Notes under the pieces: model-generated
Told to the model about the DNA's origin: nothing
The model's database searches: none
What the model saw: the letters and a program-made list of their open reading frames with translations, nothing else
Source: a bacterium
GTDB lineage: Bacteria; UBA8248
Assembly: GCA_965203325.1 (NCBI GenBank)
Contig: OZ241875.1
Location: 4,256,001-4,320,000, forward strand
Length of the DNA stretch: 64,000 nucleotides
Direction of reading: 5' to 3'
Program-made: the position numbers and the translations under genes
Shown here: in pieces, positions 18,766 to 28,395 of the stretch
How the letters are laid out: the number at the start of each line of letters is the position of its first letter
How positions within the stretch are numbered: position 1 is the stretch's first letter

Positions 18766-19874
18766 GCGCGCCCGAAGTCATCGTCGTCGGAGGGGGCCCG
18801 GGGGGCAGCACGGCCGCTTGGGAGTTGGCCAAGCGCGGCCGCCGCGTCCTCGTGCTCGATGCGGCCACCTTCCCGCGCGTCAAACTCTGCGCCGGCTGGG
18901 TGACGAAGCAGGTGATGGCCGACCTGCAATTGAACCCGGCTGAATACCCCCACACCATACAGCCGTTCCAGAGCGTGTTCGTCGGCTATGACGACAAGCT
19001 GCTCGAGACGAGGTGGAGCGAACCCGCGAGCTACGGGATCATCAGGAGCCAGTTCGACACCTGGCTCCTGAGGCGCGCGCAGGAAGAGGGCGCGGAAGTC
19101 CGCGAGGGCGTCCGCGTCCGCGGCGTGGAGAAAACGGCTGATGGAATGAGGGTGGATACAGGTGATGAAAAAATAAATGTTCCCGTCGTCATCGGTGCGG
19201 GCGGACACACCTGCCCGGTCGCGAGGGCGTTCGGCGACGTCTCCTCGGAAGAATCGGTCGTCTTGACGCAGGAGAGCGAGACGAACGTGGGTGCCGAGAA
19301 GCTCCGCGCCCTGGCGCCGAATTACGGTCTGCCCGAGTTGTTCGCCGAGCCCGACTTCAAGGGCTATGCGTGGTATTTCACAAAAGGGGACTTTTTGAAC
19401 ATCGGCGTGGGCTGCATCGGCAAGAAGCCGAGCGTCCACGAGCGCCTCGAAATCCTGCTCGCAAAATTCCGGGAGACGGGCAGGCTGCCCGCCGGAATGG
19501 AACTCACGAAATTCCGGGGCCACGCCTATTCGGTGCACCGGGTGCACGTCCGCAGGCCGGCGGGCGATGGCTTCGCGCTCATCGGCGACGCCGCAGGGCT
19601 CGCCAAGGATTTCAGCGGAGAGGGCATCGGCCCCGCCGTTCATAGCGCCAGGATGGCGGCCGAGGCCGCGGTTCAGTATCTCGAGACCGGGAAGGGCCTC
19701 GCGGAATACGGCGAGGCGCTTTATGAGAAGTACGGAGGCGGCGGGGAAGGGTTGTTCGATAAATTGGTCGATCGTCTTCCCGATAAGGTTCTTTTCGGCG
19801 TGGCGAAGTTCATTTGCGGCAACGCATGGCTCAGACGCCGGCTGGTTCTGGAAGGCGCATTCGGGATCGGATGA
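18762..19874 (+). CDS. FAD-dependent oxidoreductase, geranylgeranyl reductase family
   Basis: VVGGGPGGS, FPRVKLCAG, IRSQFD, GYAWYF and IGDAAGLAKDFSGEGI. Confidence 0.9.
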   Translation: MSAPEVIVVGGGPGGSTAAWELAKRGRRVLVLDAATFPRVKLCAGWVTKQVMADLQLNPAEYPHTIQPFQSVFVGYDDKLLETRWSEPASYGIIRSQFDTWLLRRAQEEGAEVREGVRVRGVEKTADGMRVDTGDEKINVPVVIGAGGHTCPVARAFGDVSSEESVVLTQESETNVGAEKLRALAPNYGLPELFAEPDFKGYAWYFTKGDFLNIGVGCIGKKPSVHERLEILLAKFRETGRLPAGMELTKFRGHAYSVHRVHVRRPAGDGFALIGDAAGLAKDFSGEGIGPAVHSARMAAEAAVQYLETGKGLAEYGEALYEKYGGGGEGLFDKLVDRLPDKVLFGVAKFICGNAWLRRRLVLEGAFGIG

Positions 19875-19893
19875 ACAAAACATTGAGGCGGCC

Positions 19894-20811
19894 ATGGTAA
19901 AAGAGCGGACAAAAGAATTCGACGCAGAGGCGATATCGCACCACTACGACCTCTCCAACGAGTTTTACGAGCAGTTCCTGTGCGAGAACATGCTCTACAC
20001 GTGCGCCTATTACCGCACGCCCGACGGCGACCTCGCCCAGGCGCAGCGCGACAAGATGGACCTCGTCTGCCGGAAGCTCAGGCTCTCCCCCGGCGAGGAT
20101 TATCTCGACATCGGCTGCGGGTGGGGCTCGCTCGCGATATGGGCGGCGAAGCACTACGGCGTGAACGCCACCGCCGTCACGCTCTCGCGCGAGCAGGCCA
20201 AGTGGGGCCAGGAGTGGGCGCGCCGTGAGGGGGTCGAGGAGAGGTGCGAGATCCACCACATGGATTACCGTGATTTCCCGGAATCGAGGACGTTCAACAA
20301 GATTTCCGCCATCGGCATCATCGAGCACGTCGGCATCGCGAACTACATGAGCTACTTCTCTTCCGTGAGAAACCGCCTGCGCGACGGGGGGTTGTTCCTG
20401 AACCACGGGATCACGACGAACAAGTTCTGGAAGCCCACGAGCCAGAACGAATTTCTGCTGAGAAACGTCTTTCCCAACGGGGAGATGGACAACATCTCCC
20501 ACATCCAGGACGTGATGGAACTCGCGCGCTGGGAGATCCTCGACGTGGAGAATCTGAGGCTCCACTACGCGCGGACGTGCAAGCACTGGTACGAGAAATT
20601 CGAGGAGAACGCCGAGCGCATCAAGGAGTTGGTCGGCGAGCGCACCTACCGGATCTACCGCGTCTGGCTGGTATGTTCGTCGAACGCGTTTTTCTGCAAT
20701 TCGCTGGGCCTCTACCAGGTGCTGGCGCAGAAATACGAACAGGAATACCGCTTCGACCCGCCGACGCACCGTGAGGATATCTATCGAGCGTTCCTCGATC
20801 AGGACGCCTGA
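19894..20811 (+). CDS. cfa: Cyclopropane-fatty-acyl-phospholipid synthase-like SAM methyltransferase (catalytic domain)
   Basis: ISHHYDLSNEFY, YTCAYY, LDIGCGWG, EHVG, VFPNG and LRLHYART. Start reassigned to ATG 19894. Confidence 0.92.
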   Translation: MVKERTKEFDAEAISHHYDLSNEFYEQFLCENMLYTCAYYRTPDGDLAQAQRDKMDLVCRKLRLSPGEDYLDIGCGWGSLAIWAAKHYGVNATAVTLSREQAKWGQEWARREGVEERCEIHHMDYRDFPESRTFNKISAIGIIEHVGIANYMSYFSSVRNRLRDGGLFLNHGITTNKFWKPTSQNEFLLRNVFPNGEMDNISHIQDVMELARWEILDVENLRLHYARTCKHWYEKFEENAERIKELVGERTYRIYRVWLVCSSNAFFCNSLGLYQVLAQKYEQEYRFDPPTHREDIYRAFLDQDA

Positions 20812-20896
20812 TCCGCGCCTCCGGGGAGAGGGGTTGTTGAAAAAATCGTGATTCCGCGTTCGGCGTATGGAGCCAAACGAGAAGGGAATGAACTTC

Positions 20897-21138
20897 ACTC
20901 CCCCCTTGAGGGGGAGTCGATGAGGTGAGGGTATAAACCCGAAACCGAATCGGTGGGGGGAGTTTTTTTCTGTGGCATGTCCCCCCACCGCATCAACCTT
21001 CGCCCTTAAGGGCTTGGTTTCTGCGACTCCCCCTCAAGGGGGGAGTTGATTCTTTCCTTTCTGCAAGAAGTGACAAAACCCTCAAGGGGGGAGTAAATTT
21101 CCCCTTTTATTAGGAAGTAATGACCCCCAAGGGGGAAT
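20897..21138. repeat. REP-like nested inverted-repeat cluster
   Basis: ACTCCCCCCTTGAGGGGGAGT (20897-20917) has its exact reverse complement at 21026-21046. Inner IR at 20951-20961/20980-20990 and partial copies near 21079 and 21124. Confidence 0.8.
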
Positions 21139-21211
21139 CTATCTTGCTCTTTCGTCGTTCTTGCCAAACCCCTGTTCATCCGACTTATGTAACATCTCCC
21201 TCACGCGCGGC

Positions 21212-22204
21212 ATGAAAAATAACGCTTCTTCGCCCACCCCGCCTTTCCGCCCGGCGTGGTTCTGCCGGGGGCGTCACCTCCAGAGCACGTGGGGATATTG
21301 TTTGAGAAAACACCCGAGGGTCGACTGGCGGCGCGAGCGCTGGGATACGCCCGACGGCGATTTTCTGGACGTTGATTTTCTCGATTCGGATCAACCGGAC
21401 GCCCCGACGCTGCTCGTCCTGCACGGCCTGGAAGGTTCCGCCGATTCCCATTACGTGCGCGGGGCGGCGGGGAGGGCGTGCGCGCTCGGCTGGCGGACAT
21501 TGGCGCTGAACTACCGCTCCTGCAGCGGCGAGCCGAACCGCAATCCCAAATTCTACCACTGCGGGGAGACGGGGGACCCGGGATTCGTGGTAGGGCGGAT
21601 TCTGGAGAGGTTCAGCGGGCCGCTCGTTCTGGCGGGCTTCTCTCTGGGAGGGAACGTCCTGCTGAAATGGCTGGGGGAATGCGGCGATAAGGTTTCGCCC
21701 CGCATACACGGGGCCGCCAGTATTTCCCCGAGCATAGGGCCCGCCGCGTGCGCGAAAGTGCTCGATTCCTTGCCGGGTTATTTCTACAAATGGCATCTGT
21801 TGAGCAGTGTGAAGGAAAAAGCGGAGCGTTTCTCGAAAATGCACCCCGGCCTCATCGACATCGATGGCGTTCGGCGCGCGCGGACTTTCCACCGTTTCGA
21901 CCGCCTCGTCATCGCGCCGCTCTATGGGTTCCGGGACGAGCTGGATTATTACGAGCAAGCGGACGCCTCGCCGTATCTGCCCCGAATCCGAGTGAAAACG
22001 CTCATTCTCTCCGCCGAGAACGACCCCATCGTGCCGCCCCACGTGTTTCCCCATCGAGAAATCGGGGAATCCGAATGGCTGAGCGGCGTCTTGCTGAAAA
22101 GCGGCGGGCACGTGGGCTTCGTGTCGGGCGGCAACCCCCGCGCGCCGGTCTACTGGGCCGAGGAGCGGGCGTTCGAGTTTCTCGATGATTGTCTGAAAAG
22201 CTGA
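21212..22204 (+). CDS. YheT/ABHD-like alpha/beta hydrolase
   Basis: TPDGDFLD, HGLEGS, NYRSCSG, GFSLGGN, NDP and GGHVGF. Confidence 0.92.
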   Translation: MKNNASSPTPPFRPAWFCRGRHLQSTWGYCLRKHPRVDWRRERWDTPDGDFLDVDFLDSDQPDAPTLLVLHGLEGSADSHYVRGAAGRACALGWRTLALNYRSCSGEPNRNPKFYHCGETGDPGFVVGRILERFSGPLVLAGFSLGGNVLLKWLGECGDKVSPRIHGAASISPSIGPAACAKVLDSLPGYFYKWHLLSSVKEKAERFSKMHPGLIDIDGVRRARTFHRFDRLVIAPLYGFRDELDYYEQADASPYLPRIRVKTLILSAENDPIVPPHVFPHREIGESEWLSGVLLKSGGHVGFVSGGNPRAPVYWAEERAFEFLDDCLKS

Positions 22205-22214
22205 CGGAGAGGTT

Positions 22215-22404
22215 TGTCGAAAAAGCCCCCCTCCTTAGGGGATAAAGGCACCCCCCCCTACCCCCCCTTGTCAGGGGGGTATGAAAAGGCGGCGCCCGAC
22301 GCCGGTAGAGGGCTTTTGTTTTTTTGCCCCCCTGACAAGGGGGGGTAGGGGGGTTGGTTTTCAAGGCGCAGGTGCCCCTTCCTCCTTGAGGGGCTTTCTC
22401 GACA
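22215..22404. repeat. MITE/REP-like element with nested inverted repeats
   Basis: Outer IR TGTCGAAAAAGCCCC / GGGGCTTTCTCGACA and a ~27-bp inner IR (22253-22279 / 22327-22353), between convergent genes. Confidence 0.75.
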
Positions 22405-22425
22405 GCCCCGGTAAAACCATGTTCG

Positions 22426-23520
22426 CTAGGCGTTTCTGTCGTATTCCCGGGATTGCAGCTTCTCGTGGCGCGCCCTCGCGCAACTGATGAGCCGATCCAG
22501 CATTTCGGGGTAGGAGACGCCCGCCGCGCGGATCATGCGCGGGTACCCGCTCAACTGCGTGAAGCCGGGCAGGGTGTTCACCTCGTTGATGTAGAGTTCG
22601 CCCGTTCTTTCGCGGTAGAAGAAATCCACGCGGGCGAGTCCCGAACAGCCCAGCGCGCTGAACGCGCTCCGCGCGTAGAGGCGGGTGTGATCGGCCAAGG
22701 ATTCCTCCACGGGCGCGGGGATGATCAACTCCGCGCGCCCCTCTTCGTACTTCGCCTCGTAGTCGTACCAGCCCGAACGCGTCGTGATCTCCATGATCGG
22801 ACTCGCGAGGAATTCGCCCAAAGCGGGGCCTTCGAGCACGGAGCACTCGAGCTCGCGGCCCTGCGCGTGTTCTTCGATCAATACCTTGCTGTCGAAGCGG
22901 AAGGAGTCGGCGACGGCGTCTTGAAGATCATCGGGACTCTCCACCAAATGGACGCCGACGCTGCTGCCCGAAGAGGAAGGTTTGACGAAGAGGGGATAGC
23001 CGATCTTCGAAGCCGCCTCCTCGCAGAGGGCGTCGCGGTCTGCACCCCAAGTTTCCGGGAACAGCGTGAGCGCGGGAAGAACAGGCAGTCCCGCCGCGCG
23101 CAGCACCGCCTTGGCGACGGCCTTGTCCATCGTGACGGCGGAAGACGCGCACCCCGAACCCACGAAGGGAACCTCCGCCAGCTCGAACAGGCCCTGCAGC
23201 GTGCCGTCCTCCCCGAAGGTGCCGTGAATGATGGGGAAGAAGACGTCGATAGCGAGGCGCTCACCGCTCCCGGCGTACCGGAGCGGCGCTTCGCCCGGCG
23301 TGCCCGAAAAGAGAACTTCCTCGCCCGCATCTTCCGGCGCATCGGGGGCGGGGAGGGCGATCCATGCCCCCGACCTCGTGATGAGGATGGGGTGGACGTC
23401 GTATTTCCCGGAATCGAGTTCCGCCATGATGGCCCGGCCCGAGTTGCGGCTCACCTCGTGCTCGGTCGAGCGGCCGCCGAACACGACGCCGACGCTCGTT
23501 TTTGAAGATGCTGACGCCAT
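22426..23520 (-). CDS. ddl: D-alanine--D-alanine ligase
   Basis: FGGRSTEHEVS, HGTFGEDG, MDK, VKPSSSGSSVG, YDYEAKY and NEVNTLPG. Confidence 0.97.
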   Translation of the reverse strand: MASASSKTSVGVVFGGRSTEHEVSRNSGRAIMAELDSGKYDVHPILITRSGAWIALPAPDAPEDAGEEVLFSGTPGEAPLRYAGSGERLAIDVFFPIIHGTFGEDGTLQGLFELAEVPFVGSGCASSAVTMDKAVAKAVLRAAGLPVLPALTLFPETWGADRDALCEEAASKIGYPLFVKPSSSGSSVGVHLVESPDDLQDAVADSFRFDSKVLIEEHAQGRELECSVLEGPALGEFLASPIMEITTRSGWYDYEAKYEEGRAELIIPAPVEESLADHTRLYARSAFSALGCSGLARVDFFYRERTGELYINEVNTLPGFTQLSGYPRMIRAAGVSYPEMLDRLISCARARHEKLQSREYDRNA

Positions 23521-23571
23521 TTGCGGCGAATCCTTCTTAGGGGGCTTACAAATTTTAGGTGGGCGTAGGAC

Positions 23572-24138
23572 CTAACGTATCAGTTTCGAGAGGAATTTGA
23601 AATCCTCGGTGCCCGCCACGCGGAGAAGCTCGAAGAGCGCCTGCTCGGTCGTGGCGGGGATGGCGCCCGCGCGTTCGAGCGCCGAGAGGCCCGTCCGCCA
23701 GTTCAGCTTCGAGCGCGAACAGGTGGCGTCGGCCACCGCGTGGACGATGAAGCCGTTATCGAGCAGGTCGAGCGCCGTCTGGTAGCAGCACACGTGCGTC
23801 TCCGCACCCGTGAGTAGTATCTTCGTCCGGCCCGTCTCGTGCAGGCGCGGGAGGAACGTCTCCTCGGCGCAGCAGCTGAACGCGATCTTCTCGATGGGGG
23901 CGAACCCCGGCACCTTCTCCGCCACCTCGGAGAGGGTGGGGCCGAGTCCCTTTGGGTATTGCTCGGTGACGAGGATCGGGAAATCGAGTCGCGCCGCCGC
24001 CTCCGCCAGAGTGAGGATGCGTTCGACGACCTGCGCGCGCACGTCTTCGGCCATGGCGGACATGAGCCTCTCCTGCGCGTCGACGATGAGCAGGAGGCAG
24101 TCTTCGGGCTTAAGCCTGAACGAGTCGATGTCGGCCAT
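23572..24138 (-). CDS. Isochorismatase-family hydrolase
   Basis: VDAQERL, TEQYPKGLGPT, EKIAFSC and GAETHVC. Confidence 0.93.
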   Translation of the reverse strand: MADIDSFRLKPEDCLLLIVDAQERLMSAMAEDVRAQVVERILTLAEAAARLDFPILVTEQYPKGLGPTLSEVAEKVPGFAPIEKIAFSCCAEETFLPRLHETGRTKILLTGAETHVCCYQTALDLLDNGFIVHAVADATCSRSKLNWRTGLSALERAGAIPATTEQALFELLRVAGTEDFKFLSKLIR

Positions 24139-24300
24139 TCGCTCTCCGCCTTCTGGAAACGGGAAACCGTGAAAAAGGCTATTACAGGGTTTTCACGCGG
24201 TCAAGGAATGCGCCCAAAGCCTTGATTCCCTTATGCCCGTGGGATAGCATCGCGCAGTAAATTTTCAGGCCATCATGGATACCAACAAAAGGGGAACAAC

Positions 24301-25293
24301 ATGCCGGACAAGGCGAAAGTCGTCCTGACCGATTACGTCTGGGAATCTTTGGACGTGGAGAACGAGATTCTGGGCGAGCTGGCCGACATCGTCGCCATGC
24401 AGACGAAGACGCCCGCGGAATTTCTGGCGGAAGCCGCCGATTGCGACGCGATCCTGAACACCTACGCCGGCCCCATCACCAAAGAGGACATGGCGGGGAT
24501 GCCGGATTGCAAGATCATCGCGCGCTACGGCATCGGGGTGGACACGATTGATCTAGACGCCGCCACGGAGGCGGGCATCATCGTCACGAACAACCCTACC
24601 TACTGCATCGAGGAGGTTGCCGAGCACACGATGGCGCTCCTGCTCGCATCGGCGAGGAAGGTGGTGTTTTACGATCGCCGGGTGCGCGCGGGTGAGTGGG
24701 CGGTCCCGCCGGGCAAGCCCATGTTCCGCCTCGTGGGCGCGACGCTGGGACTCGTGGGCTTCGGGAACATCGCCCGCATGGTGGCCTCCCGCGCCGCATC
24801 GTTCGGGATGCGGGTGCTGTTCAACGACCCCTTTGTGGCGCAGGGCCAGTTCGACGCGCCCGGCGAGAAGGTGGATGAGTTGGCCGATATGTACGCCGAG
24901 GCCGATTTCGTCTCCATCCATCCGCCGCTCATCCCCCAGACGCGCGGGATGATGAACGATGCGGCGTTCTCGCAGATGAAGAACACCGCCGTCATCATCA
25001 ACTGCTCGCGCGGCCCTATTATCGATACCGACGCCCTCGTGCGCGCGCTCGATTCCGGCGAAATCGCAGGCTGCGCCTTGGATACGACCGACCCCGAACC
25101 CCTGCCCGACCCGCACCCTCTGCGGGGGCGCGAGAACGTCATCATCAACCCCCACGCGGCCTGGTACAGCGAGGAGTCCATGGTGGGCCTGCAACAAGGC
25201 GCGCCGGGCGAGGTGCGGCGTGTGCTTTCCGGCGAATGGCCCGTGAACGTGGTCAATAGAGCCGTCAGGGAGAACAACAGGGCGGGTTTGTAG
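24301..25293 (+). CDS. D-isomer-specific 2-hydroxyacid dehydrogenase (CtBP-like)
   Basis: RYGIGVD, EVAEH, GFGNIA, INCSRG and NPHAAWYS. Confidence 0.93.
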   Translation: MPDKAKVVLTDYVWESLDVENEILGELADIVAMQTKTPAEFLAEAADCDAILNTYAGPITKEDMAGMPDCKIIARYGIGVDTIDLDAATEAGIIVTNNPTYCIEEVAEHTMALLLASARKVVFYDRRVRAGEWAVPPGKPMFRLVGATLGLVGFGNIARMVASRAASFGMRVLFNDPFVAQGQFDAPGEKVDELADMYAEADFVSIHPPLIPQTRGMMNDAAFSQMKNTAVIINCSRGPIIDTDALVRALDSGEIAGCALDTTDPEPLPDPHPLRGRENVIINPHAAWYSEESMVGLQQGAPGEVRRVLSGEWPVNVVNRAVRENNRAGL

Positions 25294-25341
25294 GGGCGAG
25301 TGATTCTCGATCGCGCCTTGATTCGATTGGCGCAGATTCTC

Positions 25342-25470
25342 GTAGGGGCGGTTCGCGAACCGCCCCTGCAATTGAATAACCGTCATTCCAGTGAATATCA
25401 GAATGACAAACAAGAATCTGATTATGGATGCAAGGTGCTCTGTAGGGACAGGTCGCGACCTGTCCCTACA
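25342..25470. repeat. GTAG-type REP palindromes
   Basis: GTAGGGGCGGTTCGCGAACCGCCCCTGC (25342-25369) and the perfect 30-bp palindrome TGTAGGGACAGGTCGCGACCTGTCCCTACA (25441-25470). Confidence 0.8.
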
Positions 25471-25832
25471 GAGCTGCTCCCGTGGATTCATGAAACAGTG
25501 CAATTTCTCCTGTTTCTTCTCATACTTTATCGTATTCGAGAAGAAAGCCGTCCACAAGTTCGCAAAACTCATTCTATCCGTCGAGAAACGCGCATCCGCT
25601 CTTGACACGAGGCGGTTTCGCCCGTAATAAGAACCTTGGCAATAGCTCAAATCCTGATGGTCTCAGCGTCCGGCGAGGCCATGCGCCGCCCGTGGCGAAA
25701 CCAAGCGAATCGGTTTCATTATCCGTCGTTATCGGGGATAATGCCTCCGCGCGACGCTTGGTAGTCGACAGGCTTTGGGATGCGCGAAGTCGAAAGGTGG
25801 TTCGAGTCTCGAAACGGGAGTGCAGAGTCCGC

Positions 25833-26387
25833 ATGAACACTCGCTTGAAAGCCCCTCCGGTGAAGCTGCCTGCCGATTACGAGGAGGAGGCGAAAGAGAA
25901 AAGGCCGTTCATCGACCGCAGGCGGTTCATGAACTACACGGGGTGGCTCGGCGTCCTGGGCGCCATCAACGTCGCGCTGATCGGTTTCCTGCGATTCATG
26001 TTCCCGCGCGTTCTGTTCGAACCGCCCACCGAGTTCAAGGCGGGGGACCCGGCGGATTACGCCGTGGGCGTGGTGGACACCCGCTACGTGAACAGCGAGC
26101 GCGTCTGGATCATTCGCGAGCAGAATGGCTTCTACGCCCTGAGCGCGATTTGCACCCATCTGGGATGTACGCCGAAGTACCTGGGCTCCGAGGACAAGTT
26201 CAAATGCCCGTGCCACGGGAGCGGGTTCCGCCGAAGCGGCATCAACTTCGAGGGACCGGCCCCGAGGCCGCTCGAGAGGCTCAAAATCGGCCTGGCCGAG
26301 GATGGGCAACTGTTGATTGACAAGGGCAAGCTGTTTCTCCACGAGAAAGGGCAATGGGACGACCCGGGCGCTTTTCTCTTTATTTAG
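25833..26387 (+). CDS. petC: Rieske iron-sulfur subunit of a Rieske/cytochrome b complex
   Basis: Tat-like DRRRFM plus a TM helix, CTHLGC and CPCHGS boxes, and GPAPRPL. Confidence 0.93.
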   Translation: MNTRLKAPPVKLPADYEEEAKEKRPFIDRRRFMNYTGWLGVLGAINVALIGFLRFMFPRVLFEPPTEFKAGDPADYAVGVVDTRYVNSERVWIIREQNGFYALSAICTHLGCTPKYLGSEDKFKCPCHGSGFRRSGINFEGPAPRPLERLKIGLAEDGQLLIDKGKLFLHEKGQWDDPGAFLFI

Positions 26388-26435
26388 TATAAGGGCTTAT
26401 TTATTCGTTCGACGCGAGTTCGTGGGGGTTTTTAG

Positions 26436-27224
26436 ATGCCGAGTTTGAAAGAACGCTTGAACCTGGATCAGGTGAAACGCAGTGTGCTCGACTCCCAGGT
26501 ATGGAGGTCGATGTTCCGCCACGGGTATGAGGACACGCCGAGAAACCGCGTTCTCATGGTCGTGGACAACCTCTGGCTGCACCTGCATCCCACGAAAATC
26601 AGGCGCCACGCCATCCGCATCCGCTTCACGTGGTGCATGGGCGGGGTGACGTTCCTGTTGTTCCTCTACCTCGTCGTCACCGGCGTGGTCTTGATGTTTT
26701 ACTACCGGCCCGTGGGCGAGTACGCCTACGCGGACATCAAATACCTCGAATTCGACGCCCCCTTCGGCATGTTCATGCGCAACATGCACCGCTGGGCGGC
26801 GCACGCCATGGTCATCGCCGTGTGGCTCCACATGCTGCGCGTCTTCATGACGGGCTCCTACAAGCCGCCGCGCGAGTTCAACTGGGTCATCGGAGTGCTG
26901 CTGCTCACGCTCACGCTGCTGCTCAGCTTTACCGGCTATCTGCTCCCCTGGGATCAGCTCGCCATCTGGGCGGTGACGGTCGGAACCAACATGGCGCGGG
27001 CCACGCCTCTGCTGGGGTCCGAGGGCCCGTTCGCCGAAATGGTGGGCGTGACGCCGCGCTTCGACGCGCGCTCCGCACTCCTGGGCGGAACCATCGTGGG
27101 TCCGCCCACGCTGTTGCGCTTCTACGTGCTGCATTGCATCGTCGTTCCGCTGATAGCGGCGATCCTGATGATGGTGCATTTCTGGAGAATCCGAAAAGAC
27201 GGGGGCATCTCAGGGCCCCTGTAG
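26436..27224 (+). CDS. petB: Cytochrome b6-type subunit (N-terminal cytochrome b)
   Basis: WCMGG (heme ci Cys), heme b His pairs in MHRWAAH..LHM and LHC..VHF, and GYLLPWDQ. Confidence 0.93.
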   Translation: MPSLKERLNLDQVKRSVLDSQVWRSMFRHGYEDTPRNRVLMVVDNLWLHLHPTKIRRHAIRIRFTWCMGGVTFLLFLYLVVTGVVLMFYYRPVGEYAYADIKYLEFDAPFGMFMRNMHRWAAHAMVIAVWLHMLRVFMTGSYKPPREFNWVIGVLLLTLTLLLSFTGYLLPWDQLAIWAVTVGTNMARATPLLGSEGPFAEMVGVTPRFDARSALLGGTIVGPPTLLRFYVLHCIVVPLIAAILMMVHFWRIRKDGGISGPL

Positions 27225-27256
27225 GTTTCGTGGCATAAAAGGGAAGGGCGAGAACA

Positions 27257-28036
27257 TTGGCGAAGGAAGACAGGGTAGTCGGCTCTGCCGATGAGATGGC
27301 CAAGACGAGTTGGGAGCGGGTGAACGACAAGGTTCACGTGTGGCCCTACCTCACGCGCCTGGAGTTCATGTGCGCGATCATCATCACCATATTTTTGGTG
27401 GTGTGGTCCATCGTTATCGACGCGCCGCTCGAAGAGCCCGCGAACCCTTCCGTCACGCCGAACCCTTCGAAGGCGCCGTGGTATTTCCTGGGCCTTCAGG
27501 AGTTGCTCGTCTATTTCGACCCGTGGATGGCGGGCGTCGTGCTGCCCACCCTCATCATCGTGGGCCTGATGGCCATCCCCTTCATCGACGTGAACCCCAA
27601 GGGGAACGGCTACTACACTTTCCACGAACGCAGATTCGCCATCTTCACCTTCCTGTTCGGGTTTCTGGTCCTGTGGGTGTGGATGGTGGTGCAGGGAACC
27701 TTCCTGCGCGGGCCGGGGTGGAACTTCTTCATGCCCTGGGAGTACTGGGACCCGCACAAGGTCGTGGCCCTGACGAACGTGGACCTGCCATACATGCTGG
27801 GCTTCAGGAGCTACTGGGGCCAGGCGGCGTGCGGCACAGTGCTAATCCTGCTCTGGTACGCCACCATACCGGCTTACTACATCTGGCGGCGCGAGCGCAT
27901 GAAGAACGTGGGCCTGGTGCGCTATCTCATCAAGGCGTCGCTCAACATGACGATGATGGGTATCGTGGCGAAAATGGTCCTGCGCATCGGGCTCAACGTC
28001 AAATACGTGCTCGTCACGCCCTGGTTCAACATCTAG
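27257..28036 (+). CDS. petD: Subunit IV-like (C-terminal cytochrome b) protein
   Basis: PLEEPANPSVTPNPSKAPWYFLGLQE, PFID and several TM helices. Directly follows petB. Confidence 0.85.
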   Translation: MAKEDRVVGSADEMAKTSWERVNDKVHVWPYLTRLEFMCAIIITIFLVVWSIVIDAPLEEPANPSVTPNPSKAPWYFLGLQELLVYFDPWMAGVVLPTLIIVGLMAIPFIDVNPKGNGYYTFHERRFAIFTFLFGFLVLWVWMVVQGTFLRGPGWNFFMPWEYWDPHKVVALTNVDLPYMLGFRSYWGQAACGTVLILLWYATIPAYYIWRRERMKNVGLVRYLIKASLNMTMMGIVAKMVLRIGLNVKYVLVTPWFNI

Positions 28037-28060
28037 GTTTTCTCAACCCGAGCGGAGAAG

Positions 28061-28168
28061 ATGGTTCAGGACAGACAGCGTAAACATCTCTGGTGGGACG
28101 CCTGTGGCGTGAAGGTGGCCGCGGTGGCCCTGCTCGTCGTCTCGGGCGTGATTTATTTTTTGGCGTAG
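28061..28168 (+). CDS. 35-aa single-TM small protein, last gene of the Rieske/cyt b operon
   Basis: Manual translation MVQDRQRKHLWWDACGVKVAAVALLVVSGVIYFLA. GGAGAAG lies immediately upstream and the ORF precedes the operon terminator. Confidence 0.6.
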   Translation: MVQDRQRKHLWWDACGVKVAAVALLVVSGVIYFLA

Positions 28169-28219
28169 GGGATACTTGAAGCCGCAGAAATCGCCTGATA
28201 CTTCAAAGAATAATTGTTG

Positions 28220-28249
28220 AGCCGCTTCCTCATGGAGGCGGCTTTTTTT
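28220..28249 (+). terminator. Rho-independent terminator
   Basis: AGCCGCTTCC-TCAT-GGAGGCGGCT followed by a T run. Confidence 0.8.
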
Positions 28250-28267
28250 GTTCGAATGTCTCGTTTT

Positions 28268-28342
28268 TGTAGGGACAACCCCCGGTGGTTGTCCTTTATC
28301 GGATGGCGCAACGGCTGGACAGGCACGGGGGCCTGTCCCTAC
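28268..28342. repeat. GTAG-type REP pair
   Basis: TGTAGGGACAACC...GGTTGTCC and GGACAGGC...GCCTGTCCCTAC, the same family as 25441-25470. Confidence 0.7.
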
Positions 28343-28395
28343 GTGTTTATCGCGCGTTTTCTCTTTTGGCGCATTCTTTTACTGGAACAGGAGAA

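Noticed and set aside
20897..21138. Possible CRISPR array from repeated CCCCTCAAGGGGGG units
   Set aside because: The units are inverted, degenerate and irregularly spaced, and there are no cas genes. They are REP-like.
25790..25830. GGTTCGAGTC resembling a tRNA T-loop
   Set aside because: No acceptor, D or anticodon stems could be formed around it.
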